Shown here: positions 27,559-37,258 of the stretch, one piece after another
Layout: every line of letters starts with the position of its first letter
Position numbering within the stretch: position 1 is the first letter of the stretch
Assembly: GCA_035656795.1 (NCBI GenBank)
Contig: DASRRU010000108.1
Span: forward strand, 1 to 54,273
Origin: Phenylobacterium sp.
GTDB taxonomy: Bacteria > Pseudomonadota > Alphaproteobacteria > Caulobacterales > Caulobacteraceae
Length of the DNA stretch: 54,273 bases
Direction of reading: 5' to 3'
Position numbers and translations under genes: made by a program
Notes under the pieces: generated by a model
Seen by the model: only the letters and a program-made list of their open reading frames with translations
What the model was told of the DNA's origin: nothing
The model's database searches: none

Positions 27559-28488
27559 CTAACCGCCTGGCCGGTCCGCCGCGCCCCAGCCCTGGTGCCA
27601 CTCCGGCTCGCCGGCGTAGCGCTCGGCGAGGAAATCCACGAAGGCGCGCACCTTGGACGCCAGGTGGCGGGCGTGCGGATAGACAGCGTGCACATGGATC
27701 AGCTGCGGCTCGTAGGCGCAGAGCAGCGGGACCAGGCGCCCAGCCCTCAGGTCATCGGCGGCGGCGAAGGCGGGTGTGCATGCGATGCCCAGCCCCCGCC
27801 GCGCGGCGGCCACGCAGGCGTCGGCGCCGCCGAACCGCAGCCGGCCGTGCACCCGCACCTCGATACGGTCGTTGCGCGCGCCGAAGTGCCAAACCAACGG
27901 ATCGCGGGCGTTGGTGTCGATGATCGCCTCGTGGTTCGACAGGTCGTGCGGCGTGGCCGGCGCCCCGGCCGCCTGCAGGTAGCCAGGCGAGGCGCAGGTC
28001 ACCAGCCGCACCGCCGCCAGCTTGCGCGCGATCAGCGAGGAGTCGCCGAGCTGGCCGATGCGCACACCCACGTCGAAGCCCTCTTCCACCAGATTGACCA
28101 TCCGGTCGGTGGCGGAGACGTCCAGCGACACCTCCGGGTAGGCCGCCGCGAAATCCAGCAACGCCGGCATCAGCTGGACGGCGCCGAACGATACCGGCGC
28201 AGAGATCTTCAGCAGGCCCCGCGGCCCGCTCTGGTCGCGCACCGACCCCTCCAGCGCCTCGAAGTCCTCGAGCAGGCCGCGGGCGCGTTCCAGATAGGCC
28301 CGGCCCGTGTCGGTGAGCGAGACGTCGCGCGTGGTGCGGTTCAGCAGCCGCGCGCCCAGCCGGTTTTCCAGCCGCGCCACCAGCTTCGAGACCTGGGCGC
28401 TGGACACGCTGAGGCGCCGCGCGCCTTGCGTAAAGCTGCGGGCGTCCGCCACCGCGGTAAATGCGTTGATCTCGTCGAACCGGTCCAT
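27559..28488 (-). CDS. LysR family transcriptional regulator (CrgA/DmlR-like)
   Basis: SFTQGARRL...LENRLGARLLNRTTR, NLVEEGFDVGVRIG, KVRAFVDFL. Confidence 0.95.
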   Translation of the reverse strand: MDRFDEINAFTAVADARSFTQGARRLSVSSAQVSKLVARLENRLGARLLNRTTRDVSLTDTGRAYLERARGLLEDFEALEGSVRDQSGPRGLLKISAPVSFGAVQLMPALLDFAAAYPEVSLDVSATDRMVNLVEEGFDVGVRIGQLGDSSLIARKLAAVRLVTCASPGYLQAAGAPATPHDLSNHEAIIDTNARDPLVWHFGARNDRIEVRVHGRLRFGGADACVAAARRGLGIACTPAFAAADDLRAGRLVPLLCAYEPQLIHVHAVYPHARHLASKVRAFVDFLAERYAGEPEWHQGWGAADRPGG

Positions 28489-28502
28489 GAACGTCGCACT
28501 CT

Positions 28503-28527
28503 ATTGCTTCCCAACCGGAAACATAAT
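28503..28527. promoter_or_regulatory. Putative LysR recognition site in the divergent intergenic region
   Basis: ATTgcTTCC-caacc-GGAAacatAAT dyad (T-N11-A type). Confidence 0.45.
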
Positions 28528-28605
28528 TGTGCAGCCAGGCCGGATTATCAACCAGGGGGCGTGGGTGCATCTAGCGGTCACACCAATTCCCAAGGGACGA
28601 AACAC

Positions 28606-29163
28606 ATGGCCAAAGCCCGCACCGTCGCCGTCCTCGTCGGCAGCCTCCGTAAGGAATCCTTCAGCCGAAAGCTCGCCAAGGCGATCTCGGCCTTGGCGCC
28701 GACGCACCTGACGTTCGATTTCGTGGACATCGGCGAGCTACAGTGCTTCAACCAGGACCTTGAGACCACGCCGCCGCAGAATTGGACCGATTTCCGCAAC
28801 CGGGTGAAGGCGGCCGACGCCGTCCTCTTCGTCACGCCGGAGTACAACCGCGGGATCCCCGGCGTGCTCAAGAACGCCATCGACGTGGGCTCGCGCCCCT
28901 ATGGCGAGAGCGTCTGGAACGGCAAGCCCGCCGCGGTGGTCAGCAATTCGCCCGGCGCCATCGGCGGTTTCGGGGCCTATCACCACCTGCGCCAGTCACT
29001 GGTGTTCCTGAATATGCCGACGGTGAACCAGCCGGAGACCTATGTCGGCGGCGTCGCGGCGATGTTCGACGAGAGCGGAGAGCTGACCAGCGAAGCCACC
29101 CGCGAGTTTCTCGTCGGCTTTGGCCAGGTCTTCGCTGACGGCATCGAGAAGCACCTGAGCTAG
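28606..29163 (+). CDS. NADPH-dependent FMN reductase (ChrR-like)
   Basis: VGSLRKES, TPEYNRGIPGVLKNAID, SPGAIGG; true start MAKART. Confidence 0.92.
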   Translation: MAKARTVAVLVGSLRKESFSRKLAKAISALAPTHLTFDFVDIGELQCFNQDLETTPPQNWTDFRNRVKAADAVLFVTPEYNRGIPGVLKNAIDVGSRPYGESVWNGKPAAVVSNSPGAIGGFGAYHHLRQSLVFLNMPTVNQPETYVGGVAAMFDESGELTSEATREFLVGFGQVFADGIEKHLS

Positions 29164-29167
29164 GCCC

Positions 29168-29968
29168 ATGACGCTGCCCACCCTGTTCATCCCGCACGGC
29201 GCGGGTCCCTGCTTTTTCATGGACTGGACCCGCGGTCCCGCCGACACCTGGGACAGGACCGCGGCCTGGCTGAAGGGACTGGTCTCCGGCCTGCCCGAAC
29301 GGCCGAAGGCCATCCTGATCGTCAGCGGCCACTGGGAGGAGCCGGTGTTCACCGTGGGCTCGGCGCCGAAGCCTGCGATGATCTTCGACTACTACGGTTT
29401 CCCGGAACAGACCTACCGCCTGCGCTTCGACGCGCCGGGGTCGCCAAAGCTCGCAGCGCGAGTGCGCGAATTGCTGGGCGCGGCGCGCATCCCGACGGCG
29501 GAAGACCCCGAGCGCGGCTACGACCACGGGGTCTTCGTGCCCCTGTTGCTCGCGACCCCACAGGCGGACATTCCGGTCGTCCAGCTGTCGCTGCGCGCTG
29601 ACCTTGCCCCCGAGGCGCACCTGGCCGCCGGCCGCGCACTTGCGCCCCTGCGTGACGAAGGCGTGCTGATCGTGGGGTCCGGGATGAGCTGGCACAACAT
29701 GCGCGGCTTCAGCCCGGCTTTCACGGAGAAGTCCAAGGCGTTCGACGCCTGGCTGGAGACGGCGATGGTCGATCCGGCGCACCGCGACGAAGCGATCCGT
29801 CACTGGGACCAGGGCCCCTACGCCCGCGAGGCCCATCCGCGCGAGGAGCATCTTGCGCCGCTGTTCGTCGCCGCCGGCGCGGCGGAGGGTGAGGCCGGAC
29901 GCCTGGCGTTCCGCGACGTGGCGATGGACGTGGCGATCAGCGGCTACGAATTCGGCGGCTCCGCCTGA
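29168..29968 (+). CDS. Class III extradiol dioxygenase (LigB/DODA/YgiD-like)
   Basis: FIPHGAGP, SGHWE, YDHG, GSGMSWHN, AHPREEH. Confidence 0.92.
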   Translation: MTLPTLFIPHGAGPCFFMDWTRGPADTWDRTAAWLKGLVSGLPERPKAILIVSGHWEEPVFTVGSAPKPAMIFDYYGFPEQTYRLRFDAPGSPKLAARVRELLGAARIPTAEDPERGYDHGVFVPLLLATPQADIPVVQLSLRADLAPEAHLAAGRALAPLRDEGVLIVGSGMSWHNMRGFSPAFTEKSKAFDAWLETAMVDPAHRDEAIRHWDQGPYAREAHPREEHLAPLFVAAGAAEGEAGRLAFRDVAMDVAISGYEFGGSA

Positions 29969-29980
29969 CCCGATCGCGTT

Positions 29981-32398
29981 CTAAGCCGCCGCGGTCGCCT
30001 GGCCGATCTGGGCCTTGTCCAGGGCGCGCTGGATGACCTCGTAGAGGCGCGCCGCCTCGATGGGTTTGGCGACGAAATCGTCCATGCCGGCGCGCAGATA
30101 CTCCGCCACCTGATGCGACATGGCGTTCGCGGTCAGGGCTACGATCGGCGTGCGCGGCCGGCCTTCGGCCCGTTCCCGGGCCCGGATCACGCCGGTGGCG
30201 GTGGGTCCGTCCATCTCCGGCATCTGCACGTCCATCAGGATCAGGTCCCAGGGCTCGCGCGCCCAAGCCTCGACCGCCGCTCGGCCGGTATCGACGATCA
30301 TCGGCTCGACGCCGACCTGGTTCAGCAGGGTGCGCAAGACCAGCTGGTTCATGCCGTTGTCCTCGGCCGCCAGCACCCGGATGGTGACGCCGTCGCTTGG
30401 CGCGTAAGCGTCCGCCGGCGGCGGGGCCGGGTTCGACCGCGCCGCCGCGTGCCGCTTGAGCGGCAGGTCGGCAGTGAAGGTCGTCCCTTCACCCAGGATG
30501 CTGTCGACGCTGATCGCGCCGCCCATCAGGTCGACCAGGTCGCGGCAGATCGCCAGGCCAAGCCCCGTGCCGCCGTAGCGACGCGTGGTGGAAGCATCAG
30601 CCTGCTCGAATTTCTGGAACAGGCCGGTCAGCTTCTCCGGCGCGATGCCGATGCCGGTGTCGCGCACGGCGATGGACAGCATCGCACGCTTGCGGCTCAC
30701 CGCGACTTTCACGCCACCGGTCTCGGTGAACTTCAGCGCGTTGGAGACCAGGTTGTAGAGAATCTGGCGAACGCGAACGCTGTCGCCGCGATAGACGCCG
30801 CGCGCGCCGCGGGCGACCTTCAGCTCGAAGGACAGGCCCTTGGCCTCGGCGGTGGCGGCGAAGGCGCCGATGGCGCCGCGCGACAGCTCGTCGATGTCGA
30901 ACTCGGAATGTTCGAGTTCCAGCTTGCCGGCCTCGATCTTCGACAGGTCCAGCACGTCGTTGAGGATCGCGAGCAGGCTCTCGCCGGACTGGCGGATAAC
31001 CTCCAGCCGCTCGCGCTGCTGTTCGGTCACCTCCCCCATGGCCATGGCCTGGGCCATGCCGAGCACGCCGTTGAGCGGCGTGCGGATCTCATGGCTCATG
31101 GTGGCCAGGAAGGCGCTCTTGGCGCGGGTGGCGGACTCGGCTTCTTCCTTGGCGCGGACCAGAGCGAACTCCCCGGCCTTGCGGTCGGTGATGTTCTGCA
31201 GCGCGCCGATCATCCGCAACGGCTTGCCATCCTCATCCGTCAGGAAGCGCAACGCGCCCTGCAGCCAGACTTCGCGGCCGTCGGACCGGTTCACGCGGTA
31301 TTCTGGCCGGTAGGGGGCGCCCTCTTCGATGTGCCGACGCCACTCCTCCTGGACCCTCGGCCGGTCGCGTTCGTCGATCGACGCCCAGATGTCGCTGGTG
31401 ATCTTCTTGTAGGTCAAGGCCTCGGTGTAGAAGTCGGCGGCCGCCCCGAGGCTAAACAGTTCGCGGCGGCGGAAATCCGCCTCCCAGACGTGCAGGTCGG
31501 CGATTTCGATCGCCAGCCGCAGACGTTCCTCGGAGCGCTCGGTACGCTCCAACGCCGCGACCATCTTGCTCACGTCGTGCGAGCTGATGATCAGGCCGCC
31601 GATTTCGCCGCTGCTTTCGCGCCAGGGCGTCAACTCGGCCTGCACCCAGATCACCGAGCCGTCGGGGCGGTGGAATTCCACCCGATCCGCCTGGATCGGC
31701 TCGCCAGCCAGGCAACGGTCATAGACCGGGCGCCATCTTTCGTAGGTGCTGGGGAACAGCTCGTAGAGCGATTTACCGATGATCGGCCGGTCGCCCAGCC
31801 GGCGGCTCTCGATCCAGCGGGGGCTTGCGGCGAGGACCCGCATCTCCCGGTCCGTCATCAACAGCGCCAGTGGTGCGGTTTCTATGATCTGCGCGACCAT
31901 GCGTTGGGCGACATCGCTTTCACGTCGCGCGGTCTCGCGGGCGATCCTGGCCTGAACGCGACTCCATTCATCGGCGACGACGTCGGCGAGATCCTGCAGG
32001 CGCGCCGCCAGGGTCTCATCGTAGGCCTTGGACTCTTTCCCGGCGACCGCGAAGACACCGGGAATGGATCCGTCCTCCAGCCGAATGGGAGCAGCGGCAT
32101 AGAACCGCACAGCCGGCGGACCGACAACGTTGGCGCGGTGGCGGAAACGCTCGTCCCGGGTAGCGTCGGCGACCCAAAGCAGCTCGCCGCTGTCGACCAC
32201 AAGGCGCGCGATCGGAGCATCCTTCGGCGCCTTGCCGGACGCGTCATGGCTGCGCCAGGCGTGGTCACCCTCGCCCAGCAACACGACCCCCGCATCGACG
32301 TCCTGGAACAGGGATCGGGCGAGACGCCGAATCCGGTCGAAGACCGGTCCCGACTGCTCAAGGCCTTCCGGCGCACGCGGGCGAACTTCGCCGGCCAT
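29981..32398 (-). CDS. Cytoplasmic hybrid histidine kinase (GAF-PAS-PAS-HisKA-HATPase-REC)
   Basis: RFYAAAPI (GAF), FLATMSHEIRTPLNG, NLVSNALKFT, DTGIG, GGTGLGL, LMDVQMPEMDG. Confidence 0.93.
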   Translation of the reverse strand: MAGEVRPRAPEGLEQSGPVFDRIRRLARSLFQDVDAGVVLLGEGDHAWRSHDASGKAPKDAPIARLVVDSGELLWVADATRDERFRHRANVVGPPAVRFYAAAPIRLEDGSIPGVFAVAGKESKAYDETLAARLQDLADVVADEWSRVQARIARETARRESDVAQRMVAQIIETAPLALLMTDREMRVLAASPRWIESRRLGDRPIIGKSLYELFPSTYERWRPVYDRCLAGEPIQADRVEFHRPDGSVIWVQAELTPWRESSGEIGGLIISSHDVSKMVAALERTERSEERLRLAIEIADLHVWEADFRRRELFSLGAAADFYTEALTYKKITSDIWASIDERDRPRVQEEWRRHIEEGAPYRPEYRVNRSDGREVWLQGALRFLTDEDGKPLRMIGALQNITDRKAGEFALVRAKEEAESATRAKSAFLATMSHEIRTPLNGVLGMAQAMAMGEVTEQQRERLEVIRQSGESLLAILNDVLDLSKIEAGKLELEHSEFDIDELSRGAIGAFAATAEAKGLSFELKVARGARGVYRGDSVRVRQILYNLVSNALKFTETGGVKVAVSRKRAMLSIAVRDTGIGIAPEKLTGLFQKFEQADASTTRRYGGTGLGLAICRDLVDLMGGAISVDSILGEGTTFTADLPLKRHAAARSNPAPPPADAYAPSDGVTIRVLAAEDNGMNQLVLRTLLNQVGVEPMIVDTGRAAVEAWAREPWDLILMDVQMPEMDGPTATGVIRARERAEGRPRTPIVALTANAMSHQVAEYLRAGMDDFVAKPIEAARLYEVIQRALDKAQIGQATAAA

Positions 32399-32468
32399 TC
32401 GCTTTCCCGAAAAAGGCGACTGAACGCCGTTCGAGCTAACCCTGACTCATGCCGGTTAAGAAAGGGCT

Positions 32469-33287
32469 TTAATCAGATTTACAACCCTGACGACCCGCAA
32501 CGAGCTGGTGCAGGACAATGCCGCTGGTGGTTGCAACATTCAGGGAGTCGAAACCGCCGGCCATGCCGATCCGCACGCCCCGCGCCCGCGCCATGACCGC
32601 AGGCGACAGTCCAGAGCCCTCGGCGCCAAACAGCGCCGCCATGCGCAGCCCGGGAGTGACGTCGGCCAGCTCGGTGTCGCCATGTGGCGACAGCGCCAGC
32701 ACCTCGAAGCCCTCGCCGACCAGCCGCGCTGCGAGGTCAGCCGCCGTTCCACCACGGGCAAACGGCGTCGTCAGCGCCGCACCCACGGAGACGCGGATCG
32801 CCTTTCGGTAGAGCGGATCGCAGCAGTCGTCATCCAGGAGCACCGCGTCGGCTCCGAAGGCGGCGGCGTTGCGGAACAGGCCGCCCATGTTGTCGTGGTT
32901 GGCGATTCCGGCCAGGCCGACCACCAGGGCGCGGGGCGGCAGGCCGGCGAGGAGGCTCTCCAGGTCCATCTCGGCGCGAACCCCCGCCGCCAGCACGCCG
33001 CGATGGATGTGGAAGCCCACCACCGCGTCCATCACCGCCTGCCCGGCCGCGTAGACGGACACGTCCGGCGCCAGGCCGGCCAGCAGCGGCGTCAGGGCCT
33101 CGATCCGCTTCTCCGCCACCAGCACCGAGCGCAGCGGATGGCGCCCGGCGCGGATCAGCTTCTCCAGCACGACCACGCCCTCGGCGATGAAGCCACCCGC
33201 CCGGCCCACCAGGTCGCGCTCGCGCACCTGCCGGTAGTCGGCCAGCCTGGGATCGTCGGGATCGTTGATTTGGATCAAGGGCGGCAC
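32469..33287 (-). CDS. TrmH/SpoU family RNA methyltransferase
   Basis: NHDNMGGLFRNAAAFG, FGAEGSGL, DSLNVA. Confidence 0.92.
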   Translation of the reverse strand: MPPLIQINDPDDPRLADYRQVRERDLVGRAGGFIAEGVVVLEKLIRAGRHPLRSVLVAEKRIEALTPLLAGLAPDVSVYAAGQAVMDAVVGFHIHRGVLAAGVRAEMDLESLLAGLPPRALVVGLAGIANHDNMGGLFRNAAAFGADAVLLDDDCCDPLYRKAIRVSVGAALTTPFARGGTAADLAARLVGEGFEVLALSPHGDTELADVTPGLRMAALFGAEGSGLSPAVMARARGVRIGMAGGFDSLNVATTSGIVLHQLVAGRQGCKSD

Positions 33288-33394
33288 GGCGGCGGTTCTC
33301 TCATGCTCCGCCGAAGGTCTCCAGCGCCTCGAAAAGTTGACGCTGGCGTCATTTTACGATCTATACGATGCTTAAATCCCCGGGAGGACAAACC

Positions 33395-34660
33395 ATGGCC
33401 GACGGTAACTTGGCGAACCTGGCGCAGGCGCGCGAAGAGGCCTACGCGACCCCGCTCGCGGACCTCGATCCCGCCCAGCCGGCGCTTTTCCAGGCCGACG
33501 CCATGTGGCCGATCTTCGAGCGCCTGCGCGCCGAGGCCCCGGTGCACTACACCCGGGAGCATGAGTTCGGCCCCTACTGGTCGATCACCAAGTACAACGA
33601 CATCATGGCGGTGGACACCAACCACCAGCAGTTCTCGTCCGACTTCATGAAGGGCGGGATCACCATCGCCAGCGGCCAGGCGAACATGGACCCGCTGCCC
33701 ATGTTCATCGCCATGGACCCGCCCAAGCACGATGTGCAGCGCAAGGTCGTCAGTCCGGCGGTTTCGCCAATGAACCTGGCGACCATGGAGCCGCTGATCC
33801 GCGAGCGGGCCGGCAAGATCCTCGACGGCCTGCCGATCGGCGAGCAATTCGACTGGGTCGACCTGGTCTCGAAGGAGCTCACCGGCATGACGCTGGCGAC
33901 CCTATTCGACATGCCGCAAGAAGACCGCCGCCAGCTCGTCTACTGGTCCGACGTGGTCACCGCGGCGCCCGGCCAGGGGCTGATCGATACGATCGAACAG
34001 AAGATGGCGATTTTCGTGGAGTACCACGCCTACTTCACCAACCTGTGGAACCAACGGGTCAACGCCCCGCCCAAGGGCGACCTCATCTCCATGCTGGCCC
34101 ACGGCGAGGCTACCCGGAACATGGAGCCGCGCGAGTTCTTCGGAAACGTCGTGCTGCTGACGGTCGGCGGCAACGACACCACCCGCAACACCATTTCCGG
34201 CTCGGTCCTGGCGCTGAACCAGAACCCCGACCAGTACGCCAAGCTGCGCGCGAACCCGGGCCTGATTCCTTCCATGGTCTCCGAAACCATCCGCTGGCAG
34301 ACCCCGCTGGCCCACATGCGCCGCACGGCGCTGGAGGACGTGCAGTTCGGCGGAAAGACCATCAAGGAAGGCGACAAGGTCATCATGTGGTACGTCTCGG
34401 GCAACCGCGACGAAGAGGTCATCGACCGGCCGAACGAGTACATCATCGACCGCGAGCGGCCCCGCAATCACATCTCCTTCGGCTTCGGCATCCACCGCTG
34501 CGTCGGCAACCGCCTGGCCGAGCTGCAGCTGAAGGTGATCTGGGAAGAGATCCTCAAGCGCTTCCCGACCATCGAGGTCGTGGGCGAGCCCAAGCGGGTC
34601 TATTCCACCTTCGTGAAGGGCTATGAGACCCTGCCGGTGGTGATCCCCACGCGGACCTAG
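33395..34660 (+). CDS. Cytochrome P450, CYP153-like
   Basis: MFIAMDPPKHDVQR, VGGNDTTRN, ETIRWQTP, HISFGFGIHRCVG; GGAGG RBS. Confidence 0.92.
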   Translation: MADGNLANLAQAREEAYATPLADLDPAQPALFQADAMWPIFERLRAEAPVHYTREHEFGPYWSITKYNDIMAVDTNHQQFSSDFMKGGITIASGQANMDPLPMFIAMDPPKHDVQRKVVSPAVSPMNLATMEPLIRERAGKILDGLPIGEQFDWVDLVSKELTGMTLATLFDMPQEDRRQLVYWSDVVTAAPGQGLIDTIEQKMAIFVEYHAYFTNLWNQRVNAPPKGDLISMLAHGEATRNMEPREFFGNVVLLTVGGNDTTRNTISGSVLALNQNPDQYAKLRANPGLIPSMVSETIRWQTPLAHMRRTALEDVQFGGKTIKEGDKVIMWYVSGNRDEEVIDRPNEYIIDRERPRNHISFGFGIHRCVGNRLAELQLKVIWEEILKRFPTIEVVGEPKRVYSTFVKGYETLPVVIPTRT

Positions 34661-35475
34661 CGGTCCTCCGCGCTCTCCCGCACCCGCACGATCAGCGACT
34701 GGCTGGCGGTGGCCATCAGTTCGCCGTCCTGGGCGAACAGAGAGATCGCGCCGTGGCCGAACCCGCCGTGAACGCCCAGGATGCGGATGTCGCACAGCAC
34801 CCACTCCGTGGGGACGATCCGGCGGATGCGCAGGGTGTTGTCCAGGCTGTTGCCGCCGGCGTTCTGGCCCAGCGCATTGCCGATGCCCGAGGGCACGTGG
34901 TCGGCGATGATCGCCAGCATCGTCGCGTCGATGGCGAACCGCTCGCGCGGTCGCACCCAGATCAGCAGCCGCCCGTCCTCCTCCGCCGCGCCCTGGCGGT
35001 CGAAGCCGTAGTGGCCCTTGGCGACGCGCACCTCCATGCGGCTGTGCAGGCCGTAGTGCGCGGCCCGCCAGTGCTCGGCGGGCTCGCAGTCCTCTGGGCG
35101 CGGGACGTCCGGCATGGTGAGCCATTGGCGGGAAAGCTCGCTCGGCCGCGCGCCCAGGGCGGCGTTGACCGTGAAGATCTCCTTGTCGCCCACATGGCCG
35201 ATGACCCGAGCCTGGCTGCTGTGCCTGCCGGCGACCGGGACCCAGACGTCCAGGTCCACCACGCTGGGCGGGCGGGCGAACGACAGGTACTGCGCCGTGG
35301 CCCAGACCACGGGTCGGCCGGTGGTGCGCTCCATGGCCCCGATCGCCGAGGCCAGGCCGACGCCGCCGAACATGAACATCTCGTCCGGCCGCCCGACGCA
35401 GACGTCCGGGGTCAACGGCATGAACCAGCGGTGCGGGTTGTGCGTAGCGCGCAGGTCGAAGAAGAGGCGATCCAT
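34657..35475 (-). CDS. Acyl-CoA thioesterase (TesB-like double hotdog)
   Basis: FGGVGLAS, NSLDNTLR, GELMATASQS. Confidence 0.85.
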   Translation of the reverse strand: MDRLFFDLRATHNPHRWFMPLTPDVCVGRPDEMFMFGGVGLASAIGAMERTTGRPVVWATAQYLSFARPPSVVDLDVWVPVAGRHSSQARVIGHVGDKEIFTVNAALGARPSELSRQWLTMPDVPRPEDCEPAEHWRAAHYGLHSRMEVRVAKGHYGFDRQGAAEEDGRLLIWVRPRERFAIDATMLAIIADHVPSGIGNALGQNAGGNSLDNTLRIRRIVPTEWVLCDIRILGVHGGFGHGAISLFAQDGELMATASQSLIVRVRESAEDR

Positions 35476-35589
35476 GCCGCCTTCATGAGCCCGAGGGGCC
35501 AGGCTTCGCAAGACGAGACGAGCTCCAGATATAGCCGACGCCCCCTGTTCTCTCCCGGCTGACTTGGTTCAGGTTAGCCGGGAGAGAGT

Positions 35590-37248
35590 CTAGGCCGTCG
35601 TGGTGAGGCCGCCCAGGAAGGCGTGGATCTGCGCCACCACCGCCGCGCCTTCTCCGACCGCCGCGGCCACGCGCTTGGTCGAGCCCGCACGCACGTCGCC
35701 GATGGCGAAGACGCCCGGCATCGCCGTTTCCAGCGGCCTGCCGGCGTTCGCGCCCGTCACGACAAACCCCTTGGCGTCGGTCTCCACACAGCCTTGCAGC
35801 CAATCGGCGTTGGGATCGGCGCCGATGAACAGGAACAGGTGGCGCAGGGGCCGGTGTTTCCGTTCGCCCGTCTGGCGGTTGTGACAGGTCGCGGCGGTCA
35901 GGCCCTGCGCCCGGTCGCCTTCCACGGCGAGGATCTCGGTGTGGGTGTGCAACTCGACGTTCGGCAAGGCGGCGATCCGGTCGACCAGGTATCGCGACAT
36001 GGTCGATTCCAGCCCCGGGCCGCGAACGATCAGATGCAGGCGCTCGACCCTTGGCGCCAGAAAAACCACGGCCTGGCCCGCAGAATTGCCGCCGCCCACC
36101 AGCGCCACATCCTTGCCAGCGCAGAGCTTGGCCTCCACGGCGGACGCCCAGTACGACACGCCCGCGCCTTCGAACGTCTCTATGTCCGGAATAGCTGGGC
36201 GCCGGTATCGTGCGCCGGACGCGATCACCACCGTCCGGGTCCGCACCCGCGAGCCATCGCCGAGTTCCAGCTGAAGCGGGTCATCGCCGGACCGCGGCGT
36301 GTCGCAATCGAGCCTGGCGACCTCCAACGGCACGGCGATCTCAGCCCCGAACTTCTGCGCCTGGTTCCACGCCCGGCCCGCCAGCGCCTGGCCGGATATA
36401 CCGGTCGGAAAGCCGAGATAGTTCTCGATCCGCGCCGAGGCGCCTGCCTGGCCGCCGATCGCCCGCTGGTCGAGCACCAGCACCGACAGCCCTTCGGACG
36501 CGGCATAGACAGCGGTGGCCAGGCCGGCCGGACCGGCGCCCACCACGGCGACATCATAGACCTTGTCCGGATCAGGCGGGACGAGCAGACCCAGGCAGGC
36601 GGCCGCCTCGCTGTTCGACGGACGACGGAGCACCGCTCCGTTCGGGCAGACCATCAGCGGAAGCTCCTGCGGCGAAACGCCCATCCGCTCGACCAGGGCA
36701 TGGCCCTCCCCGTCGCGGATCGCTTCCAGGACCGCATGGGGATAGGCGTTCCGCGACAGGAACTCTTGCAGGCGTACAAGGTCGGGATTGTCGGGCGGGC
36801 CGACCAGGATCACCCCTGCGGAACCCTCCTCCAGCAGGCCTATCCGCCGCAGAATCAAGGCGCGCATGATCATTTCACCGAGCTCAGCGGCGCCGATCAG
36901 CAGGGCCCGAAGATGCGCGGCGTCGAACGGCAGCGCGACGGCGCCGTCCGGGCCCGCACGGGCGGCGGAGAGCGTGCCGCGGCCGCCGAGCTGGCTGACC
37001 TCCCCGGTGAACTGGCCCGCGTGCTCCACCGCGATCGGGTGTTGGTGTCCTAGGCCATCGTGATGGGTGATCTCGATGGCGCCCTCCAGCAACAGCCAGG
37101 ACGGCACGTTCCGCTCGCCCACATCATAGATCAGCTCGCGGGGCGCAAACTCGCGCGCTGGGCCGCTGGCGAACCGCCGGGCGGCCTCGACCTGCGCCGC
37201 GTCCAACACCGGGAACATCTGAGCCTGACGGGTCTCGAGCACGCTCAT
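35590..37248 (-). CDS. cNMP-binding domain fused to thioredoxin-reductase-like flavoprotein
   Basis: GQFTGEV cNMP roll, GAGPAG, GGQAGASARIENYLGFP, GGGNSAG, GDVR. Confidence 0.9.
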   Translation of the reverse strand: MSVLETRQAQMFPVLDAAQVEAARRFASGPAREFAPRELIYDVGERNVPSWLLLEGAIEITHHDGLGHQHPIAVEHAGQFTGEVSQLGGRGTLSAARAGPDGAVALPFDAAHLRALLIGAAELGEMIMRALILRRIGLLEEGSAGVILVGPPDNPDLVRLQEFLSRNAYPHAVLEAIRDGEGHALVERMGVSPQELPLMVCPNGAVLRRPSNSEAAACLGLLVPPDPDKVYDVAVVGAGPAGLATAVYAASEGLSVLVLDQRAIGGQAGASARIENYLGFPTGISGQALAGRAWNQAQKFGAEIAVPLEVARLDCDTPRSGDDPLQLELGDGSRVRTRTVVIASGARYRRPAIPDIETFEGAGVSYWASAVEAKLCAGKDVALVGGGNSAGQAVVFLAPRVERLHLIVRGPGLESTMSRYLVDRIAALPNVELHTHTEILAVEGDRAQGLTAATCHNRQTGERKHRPLRHLFLFIGADPNADWLQGCVETDAKGFVVTGANAGRPLETAMPGVFAIGDVRAGSTKRVAAAVGEGAAVVAQIHAFLGGLTTTA

Positions 37249-37258
37249 GGCCGCGCCT

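Noticed and set aside
27460-28605. 567-aa ORF suggesting a long fusion to the FMN reductase
   Set aside because: The extension is antisense to the LysR gene; the real start is ATG 28606.
32456-32472. TTAA...TTAA upstream of the hybrid kinase as a CtrA box
   Set aside because: Spacing is 9 nt, not 7, and the second TTAA includes the upstream gene's stop codon.
30113-32596. Long antisense ORFs (also 44424..46337, 48441..50981, 39226..40581, 35623..37053)
   Set aside because: They mirror well-supported genes on the opposite strand, a typical high-GC artefact, and have no motifs.
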